Under the pieces are notes generated by a model. The model was not told the origin of the DNA and did not search any database. It worked only from the letters and a program-made list of their open reading frames with translations. A program made the translations under genes and the position numbers. From Candidatus Saccharimonadia bacterium (lineage in GTDB: Bacteria; Patescibacteriota; Saccharimonadia; UBA4664), in NCBI GenBank assembly GCA_041743505.1, contig JBGTMQ010000015.1:13531-77530 (forward strand): a stretch of DNA of 64,000 nt, given 5' to 3'. The stretch's first letter is position 1; each line of letters opens with the position of its first letter. Positions 38,933 to 47,332 of this stretch are shown here, in pieces.

Positions 38933-39403
38933 ATGGCAAATCCAGACACCGGTATACCGGAAGAAGTTCTTCGCTCGGAACAAAAACCGGCCTCTCCTTC
39001 CCAAAATGATAAACCAAGCATATTAGGCCTACCCGGGTTGCCACCCGCAATATTAGACTTGGCCGTACAATACGGCCCCGTTCTGGTGTTGGCAGCCGCC
39101 GTACTCAGCGGGTTTAGTGCTGTGAGTATACTCACAGGGAGTGCAGCTGACCCCTCAGCCACTGGACTCCTGCCGCTAAGCGCCTTTTTTAGCCTGGCCG
39201 CTTCCGCCGCCATGGTTTTAGCCTATGTCTGGCTAACCCAAAAGCGCCGCATCGGCTGGAACACATTAGCGCTTGCATTAATAATCCAGTTTCTTGGCCA
39301 AATCTTAGTCACAGGTGTTAGCTCGGTACTGTATACCGGCATCGCAATACTGATCACGACGTATGTGATGCTACAATTACGCGACTTATATCCTAACGAT
39401 TAA
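38933..39403 (+). CDS. Hypothetical polytopic membrane protein
   Basis: 156 aa, 4 predicted TM helices. Confidence 0.5.
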   Translation: MANPDTGIPEEVLRSEQKPASPSQNDKPSILGLPGLPPAILDLAVQYGPVLVLAAAVLSGFSAVSILTGSAADPSATGLLPLSAFFSLAASAAMVLAYVWLTQKRRIGWNTLALALIIQFLGQILVTGVSSVLYTGIAILITTYVMLQLRDLYPND

Positions 39404-39427
39404 AGCGGCCCCAGGTAGCAAAGCAAG

Positions 39428-39769
39428 CTAGAACTTCAGTAGCTTGTCATCAACCTCAACATTAAACAGGCCTAGCATGCCCTTTACCGGAAACGGCTCT
39501 TTCAGAACCCTCCGGTTACGTAGCTCCCAAGCCTGCGCCTTAGGATAGAGCTCAACGCAAGCCGCTGCCTCATCAAGTTCCGTCATGGGCCGCACGTCTA
39601 CCACTTCAACAACACACAGGGCAACACCTATCGGCTCCCCGTTTCCGGTAGTTGAAGCGCAAATAAGAATATCACCTCGATAGCTTGTGGACCACTTCCT
39701 GGTTTCAAGAGTTTTTCTCCCGCTTGCGACCCAGTTAGCATAGGGCTGCTTCAGCGACAGTGCTTTCAT
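39428..39769 (-). CDS. ASCH-domain protein
   Basis: MKALSLKQPYANWVASGRKTLETRKW... Confidence 0.75.
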   Translation of the reverse strand: MKALSLKQPYANWVASGRKTLETRKWSTSYRGDILICASTTGNGEPIGVALCVVEVVDVRPMTELDEAAACVELYPKAQAWELRNRRVLKEPFPVKGMLGLFNVEVDDKLLKF

Positions 39770-40377
39770 TCCGTCTTCAACCCCTTGGCCAACCGCTCAA
39801 AAAACCGCCAAGCGTATTCGTAATCATCCTTCACCAAATCCCGGGCTTCGTGAGTGGTAATTGCCTCCCACTTGCGCTTCAAATGCCCGCCAGTATAAAA
39901 GTCGGCGATAATATCGTCGAGCGTGTCGCCCTTGAGCGTCCGCACCATAATAATGCGCGCTACACCGACGGGCCCGAACACATCCAGCTTGTCGGCATCG
40001 CGCAATAGCGTGATCTCAATCGGCTCCTCAGCCTTCTTGTATTTAGGGTCTGAGCCATGATTGGCAATTGCTTCCAGGACGGCCTGGAGCTTCTCGGCCG
40101 GGAAGTCGCTCTCGCGCAAGACTTCCTCGGCAATCTTGTGGTCAAAATCGTGATAATCTTCGCCCGTTCGCTCTGGGTAATAGGCGGCCATATCGTGCAG
40201 AAGCGCTGCACCAGCCAGAACTTCTGCATCGTAGGTAACGCCAAGTTTGTCGGCCAGCTTAACGGCATACTGGTAAACCCGCCAATGATGATCGGGTCCG
40301 TGGCTTTTCAGTGGATTTACGGCTTCATTGTAGCGCCGCTCATTTGCTTCAAGCAGGGATCGCTCAAGGTCATTCAT
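39766..40377 (-). CDS. HD-domain phosphohydrolase
   Basis: H...HD motif (LLHDMA); overlaps the ASCH gene by 4 nt (operon). Confidence 0.8.
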   Translation of the reverse strand: MNDLERSLLEANERRYNEAVNPLKSHGPDHHWRVYQYAVKLADKLGVTYDAEVLAGAALLHDMAAYYPERTGEDYHDFDHKIAEEVLRESDFPAEKLQAVLEAIANHGSDPKYKKAEEPIEITLLRDADKLDVFGPVGVARIIMVRTLKGDTLDDIIADFYTGGHLKRKWEAITTHEARDLVKDDYEYAWRFFERLAKGLKTE

Positions 40378-40400
40378 ATGGATAAATGTCGGTCGCCAAA

Positions 40401-40814
40401 CTATTCGGTATATTTCTTGAAATTATCAAGAATAGTTTGCCAACCTGACCGCTGAACCTCTTCCGAATTTTCATTTTCAGGGTCGAAAGTCTGTGTAATT
40501 CTTACGCCCTCCGGAAGCTCTTCAAACTCGATTTTCACATGCCGGCCGTCGTCCATGTCGTACTCAATCAACTCGTGGTTTATTACAACCGTATAAACTC
40601 CGGCAAAATCAAAGCTGGTACTTTTGTCCTTTGCCGCCATGACAGTTTTAAATCTTCCACCAACGCGCACGTCGTTTTCAGCCTCAGGCGCCTCCCAATC
40701 ATCCGAAGCGAAAGCCCAGTTCACAATGTGCTCCGGCTTGGTCCAAGAGGCCCAGACCTTCTCGATTGGGGCCTTGACAATGCTTTCTACGATGATAGAT
40801 TCTTTCTGTTCCAT
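40401..40814 (-). CDS. SRPBCC-superfamily protein (AHSA1/activator-of-Hsp90-ATPase-like)
   Basis: 137 aa. Leaderless (TAAAAT 6 nt upstream); 14-bp perfect palindrome ACTAAAGCTTTAGT at 40843-40856 over the -35 region. Confidence 0.8.
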   Translation of the reverse strand: MEQKESIIVESIVKAPIEKVWASWTKPEHIVNWAFASDDWEAPEAENDVRVGGRFKTVMAAKDKSTSFDFAGVYTVVINHELIEYDMDDGRHVKIEFEELPEGVRITQTFDPENENSEEVQRSGWQTILDNFKKYTE

Positions 40815-40866
40815 AGCTCTATTTTATCAAGATTTTGTCACAACTAAAGCTTTAGTAAAATAAAAT

Positions 40867-41804
40867 CTAGTTTCGAGTGGTATCAGATAGCAAATCTTGC
40901 TTAACGATCTCCTTGCGCAGCCACGTGCGGTCGGCCTTTGCCACATCACCCTCAAACTCCACGCCCAGCAAATTAGCTACCCAGGATTGAACGGTTGGGT
41001 CATTGCATACAAAGTAGCTGCTACCTTCGTTGACACTCACCAAATTCATGAACCACTCAGGCTTCACCGCCGCTAGCTCCTGCTCAATAGTAGCCTGATG
41101 CTGGCGCACGACTTCGGCTGCATCCCATACCGCGAGCGGCCGACACTGAGCGGACGCGGAAAAGTTTTGAAAGCCAGAAGCTTGGAGTCGTTACGAATAG
41201 ACATTTCGGCATCTGCCAAAATCGCTTCCTGGCACTCGGTGAAATATTGCTCAGTCCATCCATCGGGAATCTTGGCATGTGCGACCAGTGCCTCATAAGC
41301 AACCTTATCGCGCTCTGTTGTTACTCGCGCCTTAAAGTTAAGCGTGTTATCCAAAATGCCCGACACCAACAACTTTGCGCTCGTCTCGCTCATCTTATCT
41401 GCAACCCCCGCTGCCACCCAACGCTCGTAAACCAACGTACAGGCAGCCCCGATAAACTCGATATGAGCTCGCTCGCCAATCCGCTCCTGCCAATAGTCCT
41501 CAAAGCCGAGATGATGGTCGATAACCTCATCAACCTTTTCAAGATCCACGGCTTTATCAAAATGCTCGGGATCAGATACATCGATGAGCGTAAATGTATC
41601 TTTGCCGTTAGGCTCGTAATCGGTTTTTAACGGGGCCTGCCACGACCGCACCGTTTTACTAATACTTTCGTTCCACACGGCCGTACTAAGCGCCTGGGAC
41701 TGCATGCCTTGGGTCCGCAGCAGTTCAGCATAGGCGACTACTCCCGCATAAGCGTCGATATCAACATATCTGGAGCCGGATGTAATTATCTTCATAAGAA
41801 TCAA
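40867..41804 (-). pseudogene. DHH-family phosphoesterase (PpaC/family-II-PPase-like) split by a frameshift
   Basis: DHH domain (IDHHLG) in ORF 41073-41804, then nonsense tail. Continuation (..SSYFVCNDPTV...) is in another frame as ORF 40867-41109. Shift is near the homopolymer run AAAACTTTT at about 41160-41175. Confidence 0.55.
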
Positions 41805-41818
41805 TTATACAAAATTGG

Positions 41819-41858
41819 GACCGGAACAGCACTTAGCTACTCCGGTCCCATAAATCAC
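41819..41858 (-). terminator. Terminator after a NUDIX gene, immediately followed by the leaderless promoter of the DHH gene
   Basis: gggaccgga...tccggtccc 9-bp stem, then AATTTTG; TATAAT sits 8 nt before the ATG. Confidence 0.5.
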
Positions 41859-41897
41859 TAAACATTGCTTAGAAAGCGGGGTAGCGACGAAGGGATT

Positions 41898-42470
41898 CTA
41901 TAACTCTTGAAGCGCCAACCTGGCCTCAATCATGAATGCCAAGTCACGACGTCTCATAAATTTAGCGCCGTAGCTTTCGGCGGTGTCCGCCTCCATAGCC
42001 CCAATTGCAGCGTCGATATTATCAAACCAGACGACCTGAAAGCCATCGTTGAGTTCCTCTTCGGTAAACGCAGGCTCATGCTGCTCGCCCATTTTAAGCG
42101 CGAGGTAGCAATAGGATGTTTGGATTTGCTCCCATTGGTCACGATACTCGGTAATCTCTCCGACTTCGCCAAGTATTTTGACTTTACAGCCTATTTCTTC
42201 GAGTAGCTCTCGGGTTAAGGCCTGAGTTTTGTCTTCACCGGGTTCTAGCCCGCCACCCGGAAGCTTGTGATAACCCTTTTTCGTAACGGCGAGCATCGCT
42301 ATTGCCCCTGTATCATCCACTACAATGGCGCGTGCGGCCTCGCGATGGCTGAAGCCCGCCCGGTTTACCTCGGGTGCGCCCGGTACAATGTCCTGTTCGT
42401 GGATAGCTGGCAACTTCTTCACTGGGTGAGTATACCAAAAAAGAGGCCTGTTAAGGCTCGGTTTGATCAA
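41898..42470 (-). CDS. NUDIX hydrolase
   Basis: LPGGGLEPGEDKTQALTRELLEEIGC. Confidence 0.8.
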   Translation of the reverse strand: MIKPSLNRPLFWYTHPVKKLPAIHEQDIVPGAPEVNRAGFSHREAARAIVVDDTGAIAMLAVTKKGYHKLPGGGLEPGEDKTQALTRELLEEIGCKVKILGEVGEITEYRDQWEQIQTSYCYLALKMGEQHEPAFTEEELNDGFQVVWFDNIDAAIGAMEADTAESYGAKFMRRRDLAFMIEARLALQEL

Positions 42471-42481
42471 ATAATTCCCGG

Positions 42482-42991
42482 CTAATCGGCGTAGAACATT
42501 TCATGCCAGAAAGCTGCACTCGGCACGTACTTATTTGGCTGCTTCTCGTAGTCTCTAATCAATTCGTCCTTATCAACCCAAGCGAGTGCGTGGACCTCGC
42601 CGTCTTCGAGCGTAAACTCGTCTGCGTCCATGTCACACTGGGCTTTAAAATACTGATATATCGGACCGATTCGTCCGTCCTCCGTAACGTAAAGTCGCTT
42701 GCCAACTGGCTCTGGTGTAAAACCTTTGAAGCCAATCTCTTCGGCGGCCTCTCTCACGATTGCGTTTTCGTAGGTCTCTCCGGCTCTGACTCCGCCGGAA
42801 ACCGCTGATCCCCAAGCGCCCGGGTTAACCGGTTTAGACAATGAACGCTGTTGAGTTAGCACTTGTCCTCGCTGGTTTTCGACCCATAGTATAGCAGCCC
42901 TTGTAATGTCCTCTCTCGTCAGCTCGTCTCGAGGTTTAACCACGAGCACATTATCTTGCTCGTCTACAACATCCACCATTTCTTTATTCAT
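42482..42991 (-). CDS. NUDIX hydrolase (isopentenyl-diphosphate-isomerase-type-1-like fold)
   Basis: VSGGVRAGETYENAIVREAAEEIGF. Confidence 0.7.
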   Translation of the reverse strand: MNKEMVDVVDEQDNVLVVKPRDELTREDITRAAILWVENQRGQVLTQQRSLSKPVNPGAWGSAVSGGVRAGETYENAIVREAAEEIGFKGFTPEPVGKRLYVTEDGRIGPIYQYFKAQCDMDADEFTLEDGEVHALAWVDKDELIRDYEKQPNKYVPSAAFWHEMFYAD

Positions 42992-42997
42992 ATGCTT

Positions 42998-43516
42998 CTA
43001 TGCTTCAGTTAGGGTACATTGGGTACGGTTAAAACAACATGGCCTTCGCTTGCCGGCCTTGAGCATGTCGCATGCATTTGCTATCCGTCGCTTACGCGTT
43101 TCTAGTTGCTTGGTGGAACCTATCCAGCGGATCCAGTCCCAGCGGGCCATTGGCGTGATATCCATCCACAGAGTGTGTGCCCCTGGGTCGGCCGCGAGAG
43201 CGTCCTTCAAATCCGCTGGCGCCTTGGGCTCCGGCCATTCGCGAGAAGGCTCAATCGCCAACGTTACCGTGTCGCCTGCGTCTACCCCGGCGGCTTCGCG
43301 CATGGTTTCATTGACCCTAAACCAGTGGCTTCCCTTGCCGTCCGGTTCCAGCACAGCACGAAATTGGAAACCATTGATGGTCCCCTCGGCCATTGTCATG
43401 CCCCGCGATGGAAGTTGCGCACTTGCACTCTTGGGTAACGTGAGAAGAATCCCCGAGCCGATTTTCTCGGTCGCATCAGCCCTAAATAATGTAGCTTTAA
43501 AACGGATTATTGACAT
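42998..43516 (-). CDS. DUF1905/YdeI-like protein
   Basis: Start trimmed to MSIIRFKATLF (AAGGA SD); the track's N-terminal extension is rejected. Confidence 0.55.
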   Translation of the reverse strand: MSIIRFKATLFRADATEKIGSGILLTLPKSASAQLPSRGMTMAEGTINGFQFRAVLEPDGKGSHWFRVNETMREAAGVDAGDTVTLAIEPSREWPEPKAPADLKDALAADPGAHTLWMDITPMARWDWIRWIGSTKQLETRKRRIANACDMLKAGKRRPCCFNRTQCTLTEA

Positions 43517-43622
43517 ACTTTCCTTTGAATTTATCTTGGAAATTAGGTTAATTATATAATAGCTGTCTCCCCATCCATGATGAGGCCATTCCACTCGCCA
43601 GCTTTTGAGGTAAGCTAAAAAT

Positions 43623-44219
43623 ATGCCAAAGCAAACAGCTTCAAAAATCTATGCCTGGTTCTTAGTCATCGGCGGCACCATTGGACTGGCCGCTTCATTC
43701 GTTATCACTCTCGAAAAACTCAACTTGCTCATAAACCCAAGCTACGTCCCATCGTGCAGCATCAACCCCATCCTCAGTTGCGGGTCTGTTATGAAAACGG
43801 CCCAGGCTTCAGTCTTCGGTTTTCCCAATTCCTGGCTTGGTCTTATAGGGTTTGCTGCTGTGATCGTCGTGGGCGTCAGCCTACTGGCGGGAGCAAATTT
43901 CAAAGCCTGGTATTGGCGGCTCTTCAACATCGGCACCCTCTTTGGGGTCGTTTTTATTCACTGGCTAGCGTTCCAGTCTATCTTTGTCATCCATGCCCTT
44001 TGCCCTTGGTGCATGGTGGTTTGGTCGGTCACGATTCCCATATTCTGGTATACGACACTGCGCAATTTCCAGGCAGGTGTCTGGCCGGCCCCCAGACCGC
44101 TCGCCCGCGCCCTAAACTTCCTGCAAGACTACAAGAACCTTGTTCTGGTTTTGTGGTATTTGGCCATTCTCGGCATCATAATCCACCAATTCTGGTATTA
44201 CTGGCGCACGCTGCTCTAG
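43623..44219 (+). CDS. Vitamin K epoxide reductase (VKOR) family protein
   Basis: Loop Cys pair (SCSINPILSC) and CPWC active site in TM4. Confidence 0.85.
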   Translation: MPKQTASKIYAWFLVIGGTIGLAASFVITLEKLNLLINPSYVPSCSINPILSCGSVMKTAQASVFGFPNSWLGLIGFAAVIVVGVSLLAGANFKAWYWRLFNIGTLFGVVFIHWLAFQSIFVIHALCPWCMVVWSVTIPIFWYTTLRNFQAGVWPAPRPLARALNFLQDYKNLVLVLWYLAILGIIIHQFWYYWRTLL

Positions 44220-44320
44220 GCAGAGCGTTTACGGCGCAGGCCGACGAAGAGTATTATCTGACCGTATCCTATCTAATGGAAATTGCCGCACGCGGCAGCG
44301 AGCTAATTAAGGTCGCCGAA

Positions 44321-44364
44321 CCAAACGAAAAGCGAGAGTTGATCGGTTTGCGATGCTCTCGCTT
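44321..44364 (-). terminator. Terminator downstream of tRNA-Asn
   Basis: aagcgagag...ctctcgctt stem, then TTTCGTTTGG on the minus strand. Confidence 0.5.
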
Positions 44365-44384
44365 CGTGTCTTGATGATAATTCC

Positions 44385-44459
44385 TGGCTCCGGAGGTCGG
44401 GCTCGAACCGACGACCAATTCGTTAACAGCGAACTGCTCTACCACTGAGCTACTCCGGA
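44385..44459 (-). tRNA. tRNA-Asn (anticodon GTT), CCA encoded
   Basis: Cloverleaf built by hand: acceptor TCCGGAG/CTCCGGA, anticodon loop CTGTTAA, T-loop TTCGAGC, 3' GCCA. Confidence 0.9.
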
Positions 44460-44477
44460 TCATTTTTGTACCAGGCG

Positions 44478-44506
44478 ATTATAGCCAGAGATGGCCGCCC
44501 GGTCAA
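44478..44506 (-). promoter_or_regulatory. tRNA-Asn promoter TTGACC-17-TATAAT
   Basis: Reverse-strand hexamers at 44506-44501 and 44483-44478. Confidence 0.6.
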
Positions 44507-44534
44507 TGGATAATGGAGCTCAAACGGCCCAAAC

Positions 44535-44690
44535 TGGTCAAAAAGGCAGGCTTATGATATAGTCGTAGCATGTTACGCCGAAATAACGTGTTTTATGCCT
44601 GGTTCTTTACGACCCTCTCACGGAGGCAGGCTTAACACGTTCGACCAACAAGTCCCTAGCAGAAGCCTCCTCTAAAGGAGGCATTTTTCG
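44535..44690 (+). promoter_or_regulatory. Leader-peptide transcription attenuator: promoter TGGTCA-17-TGaTATAGT, leaderless 21-codon ORF rich in aromatic codons, alternative 1:2 / 2:3 / 3:4 helices, intrinsic terminator
   Basis: Helix 585-592/634-641 plus 597-601/627-631 (region 1:2). GGAGGC 622-627 can pair with GCCUCC 665-670 (antiterminator). Terminator 665-671/676-682 plus UUUUU. Confidence 0.6.
44570..44635 (+). CDS. Leader peptide MLRRNNVFYAWFFTTLSRRQA
   Basis: ATG at the predicted transcription start (leaderless); FYAWFF aromatic cluster; stop codon overlaps region 2. Confidence 0.5.
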   Translation: MLRRNNVFYAWFFTTLSRRQA

Positions 44691-44706
44691 TTTCTGGAGG
44701 CCAATA

Positions 44707-45189
44707 GTGAGTACTCTTGATGATCTGAAGGCCAGAATCAACCATAACGGCCGGGCTACAACTGCACCGACAACCCAGGCGCCGCCCATGAAGTACTGCC
44801 GCCCACTGTCCGGACGCAGCGATGTCTGGCTCATGCCCTGTCACGAGCAGCCGGCCTGCTCCCCCGACGAGGTCAGCCGGGCTATCACAACCAAGCGCGG
44901 CGCCTCGGTGCTCGTGGTCTGTGCAGCCGGCAGTCATTGGGCCGCAGGACTTAACCGGGCGGCCAAGGATTCCCCGGGCCTTGCGCTGCACACCGTTCAC
45001 GCCGCCGGTCAGCCGGCAAACGACGGCGCCATCACCGTCACCGAGGACCAGATTCGCCGAGCCACCCAGGTCAGCCAGACCTCCGGTATCTCGCCAGGAC
45101 GCACCAATGCAATGCTCGTTGCGGCCCTCCTGGGACCTCTGGAGACCCTCACCTGGCAGCGCACGTCCATCGTGCTCATCCTCGGGTAA
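44707..45189 (+). CDS. Hypothetical protein regulated by the attenuator
   Basis: GTG start with GGAGG SD 6 nt upstream; strong C bias at codon third positions supports this frame. The overlapping frames (44822-45211, 44656-45000) are P/S/R-rich shadows. Confidence 0.45.
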   Translation: MSTLDDLKARINHNGRATTAPTTQAPPMKYCRPLSGRSDVWLMPCHEQPACSPDEVSRAITTKRGASVLVVCAAGSHWAAGLNRAAKDSPGLALHTVHAAGQPANDGAITVTEDQIRRATQVSQTSGISPGRTNAMLVAALLGPLETLTWQRTSIVLILG

Positions 45190-45218
45190 GGATCACGCCT
45201 TGGCAGCATAAATCACAC

Positions 45219-45266
45219 CGGCCGGCTAATAGGAGACGCCTCTTGTTAGCCGGCCGTTTTACGTTT
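45219..45266. terminator. Bidirectional terminator hairpin
   Basis: cggccggctaa...ttagccggccg 11-bp stem, then TTTTACGTTT. Confidence 0.55.
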
Positions 45267-45462
45267 CGGGCGTTTCGGGAGCCTTTTTCTTACCAAACCG
45301 GTCTTTAATAGGCTGGATCAGCCGCTTTGCCCAATGGTACTCCCGGCCCAGTACTGCCAGTCCGGCTAAGATCAGTAATATTCCGGGGCCCGGCAACACC
45401 AATAGCAAAATGCCGGCAATAATCAGCAAGAAACCCAGAATAGTGGTCAGAATCTTCTTCAT
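45259..45462 (-). CDS. PGPGW-motif small transmembrane protein
   Basis: LLLVLPGPGILLILAGLAVLG. Confidence 0.7.
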   Translation of the reverse strand: MKKILTTILGFLLIIAGILLLVLPGPGILLILAGLAVLGREYHWAKRLIQPIKDRFGKKKAPETPET

Positions 45463-45505
45463 GTAGTAACTTTACACCCTTTGCTATACCGGCTACGATT
45501 CAGAT

Positions 45506-46033
45506 ATGCTAAAGAAACTTCTCATTGCCGCCACCTTACTGCTGACGGCCAGCGGCTTTGTCTTGGCTCATCGTAGCAACCAGGAGGCGGGGAAGCAAGC
45601 AAAAGCTATTTTGGCTGCCGATGTGTCCTCTCAGAACGTTACGCCCCTACTGAATACCTTGCAGGGCTTTGTCGCCGCCCATATGGGCTCCGGCGCCACT
45701 ATCACACTCACGGGCTCGCACGACCGGGCGATGGCGGCGGCAAAGGCTGCCGCTCAGGCCCAAAGCGCCAATTCACAGATTTACGCTCAGGCACAAGCCG
45801 CCTGCGGCGGCAAAAACGATTCTGTCTCAGCCGCCAAGTGCAACCAGGACTTCCTAGCCAAGCACTTGGTCAATGTACCGGTACCCGCTCCGGTGGTTGA
45901 GCCCAAGCTAGCCGATTATCAGCACCAATTCCGGGCGCCCCCATGGACCCCCGACCTGGCTGGAGCATTGTTCTTGGGAGCGGCCGGAGCGCTGGCTATC
46001 TTATTGTTGAGCTTGATTAAGCGGAGGTCATGA
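45506..46033 (+). CDS. Hypothetical secreted protein with C-terminal TM anchor
   Basis: Signal peptide; Ala/Gln-rich; 175 aa. Confidence 0.5.
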   Translation: MLKKLLIAATLLLTASGFVLAHRSNQEAGKQAKAILAADVSSQNVTPLLNTLQGFVAAHMGSGATITLTGSHDRAMAAAKAAAQAQSANSQIYAQAQAACGGKNDSVSAAKCNQDFLAKHLVNVPVPAPVVEPKLADYQHQFRAPPWTPDLAGALFLGAAGALAILLLSLIKRRS

Positions 46034-46638
46034 TGGAAGCGGCAGCCGGCATTTGGCGGGGATTTGTAAAGGAACTGATTCCCACGCCCCTACAATCCCT
46101 AGCCTCTGTATTTGTGGCCGCCTGCATGCTTACCGCCATGCAAAGCCAACAAATCTTGTCTGGCCTCGGCATCAGCCAGTCGGCAGTCGATTCTACCAAA
46201 GGCGAGCTTGCCAGCCGGTTTGATGTAGTTTTGCAATCAAACATCACGTCAAATATAGCCTTGGTGACATTTTGGGCCGCCGTTGGACTCGTAGCCTATC
46301 TAGTGTGCTGGGGCCTCTACAATGCACTCATTGCTGCCCGTAACGAGGTCACCATCGAGACGCAGTATACTAACCGGGGCCACTGGCGCGGTGTCTGGGA
46401 AACGCTGGCGCTCAAATCTACCGCTGCTCTGGGCCTTATCTTTTGTATCGCCATGTTTAAATATGGTTTTTCCCTGTGGGTAGCCTTAACATTGCCTCTA
46501 TTGGCCGAACCGGGCATCAAGGGCTTCATCTTCGCTATCGGCGCCGTATTAGGCTTGGCGGTGCAACTATATGTGCTGCTACTTTTTGTCCAACTGACCA
46601 TTTCTCCCTGGTATAAACCAAGGGCATTTACAGAGTAA
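46030..46638 (+). CDS. Hypothetical polytopic membrane protein
   Basis: 4-nt overlap with the upstream gene; 202 aa. Confidence 0.5.
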   Translation: MMEAAAGIWRGFVKELIPTPLQSLASVFVAACMLTAMQSQQILSGLGISQSAVDSTKGELASRFDVVLQSNITSNIALVTFWAAVGLVAYLVCWGLYNALIAARNEVTIETQYTNRGHWRGVWETLALKSTAALGLIFCIAMFKYGFSLWVALTLPLLAEPGIKGFIFAIGAVLGLAVQLYVLLLFVQLTISPWYKPRAFTE

Positions 46639-46741
46639 CGAATTTATGCTACACTTACGCCCGTAAGTATTAATCGTCCCGAAGACGTAAAAAATCGCTT
46701 CAAGCCACAAGCTTGGCGATTGATAAGCGGAGCCCAGTTAA

Positions 46742-47002
46742 GTGGCCAAGAAACTATTCGTCGGCAACCTGCCGTATACAACAACTAATGAAACCCTCGG
46801 TGAATTCTTCGCCCAGTATGGCGAAGTTGAGAGCGCCGCAGTCATTATGGACCGCGGCACCGGTCGTTCGAAAGGTTTCGGCTTTGTCGAAATGATCAAC
46901 GACGCCGAGGCTGACACGGCAATTGCCCAGGGCGATGGCGCTGAGCTCGAAGGCCGCAAGCTGACCGTAAGTGAAGCTCGTCCTAAGGTTGACGCCCGTT
47001 AG
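46742..47002 (+). CDS. RRM-type RNA-binding protein
   Basis: RNP-2 LFVGNL and RNP-1 KGFGFVEM. Confidence 0.85.
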   Translation: MAKKLFVGNLPYTTTNETLGEFFAQYGEVESAAVIMDRGTGRSKGFGFVEMINDAEADTAIAQGDGAELEGRKLTVSEARPKVDAR

Positions 47003-47031
47003 TTAATACCAGCCTCTAAGGCTAGCAAAAA

Positions 47032-47060
47032 AGACCCGTCAAAGGGTCTTTTTTGTTTTT
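47032..47060 (+). terminator. Rho-independent terminator
   Basis: agaccc gtcaaa gggtct followed by TTTTTTGTTTTT. Confidence 0.8.
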
Positions 47061-47188
47061 GCACCGCCCAACCCCGCTCACCTTGTACCCATCAGCCCGC
47101 CAAAGGCACTGTACCGAGGGCAGTCGACAAAAGCTAAGGGTTATATTAGGGCTTTGCCAAGTAATAATATCATTATCATAATCCACGG

Positions 47189-47316
47189 ACTGCCCTCAGT
47201 TCAGTACCCCGTAGCATAAAGCGCCACATATTCTGCTCCAAGAGTTCAGGACCAGCCGGCGCGGACATACCGGCCTCACCCGCAATCAAAAAGAGACCCG
47301 CGACGGGTCTCTTTTT
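47189..47316 (+). ncRNA. Candidate about 125-nt small RNA (no ORF) with own promoter and terminator
   Basis: Promoter TTGCCA(47154-47159)-17-CATAAT(47177-47182). Terminator agagacccg cga cgggtctct + TTTTT (47292-47316). No ATG in the transcript. Imperfect long-range IR 47107-47125 / 47188-47207 brackets the promoter. Confidence 0.3.
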
Positions 47317-47332
47317 CGGAAGCCTCAGCCTA

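Noticed and set aside
44220-44530. Mobile element or integrated island at tRNA-Asn
   Set aside because: No integrase, no direct repeat of the tRNA 3' end and no compositional break. The flanks hold ordinary promoters and terminators.
44822-45211. Alternative plus-strand frame (129 aa) and minus-strand ORFs overlapping the attenuator-controlled gene
   Set aside because: Their translations are Pro/Ser/Arg-rich. The 44707 frame has strong C-ending codon bias and an ideally spaced GGAGG SD.
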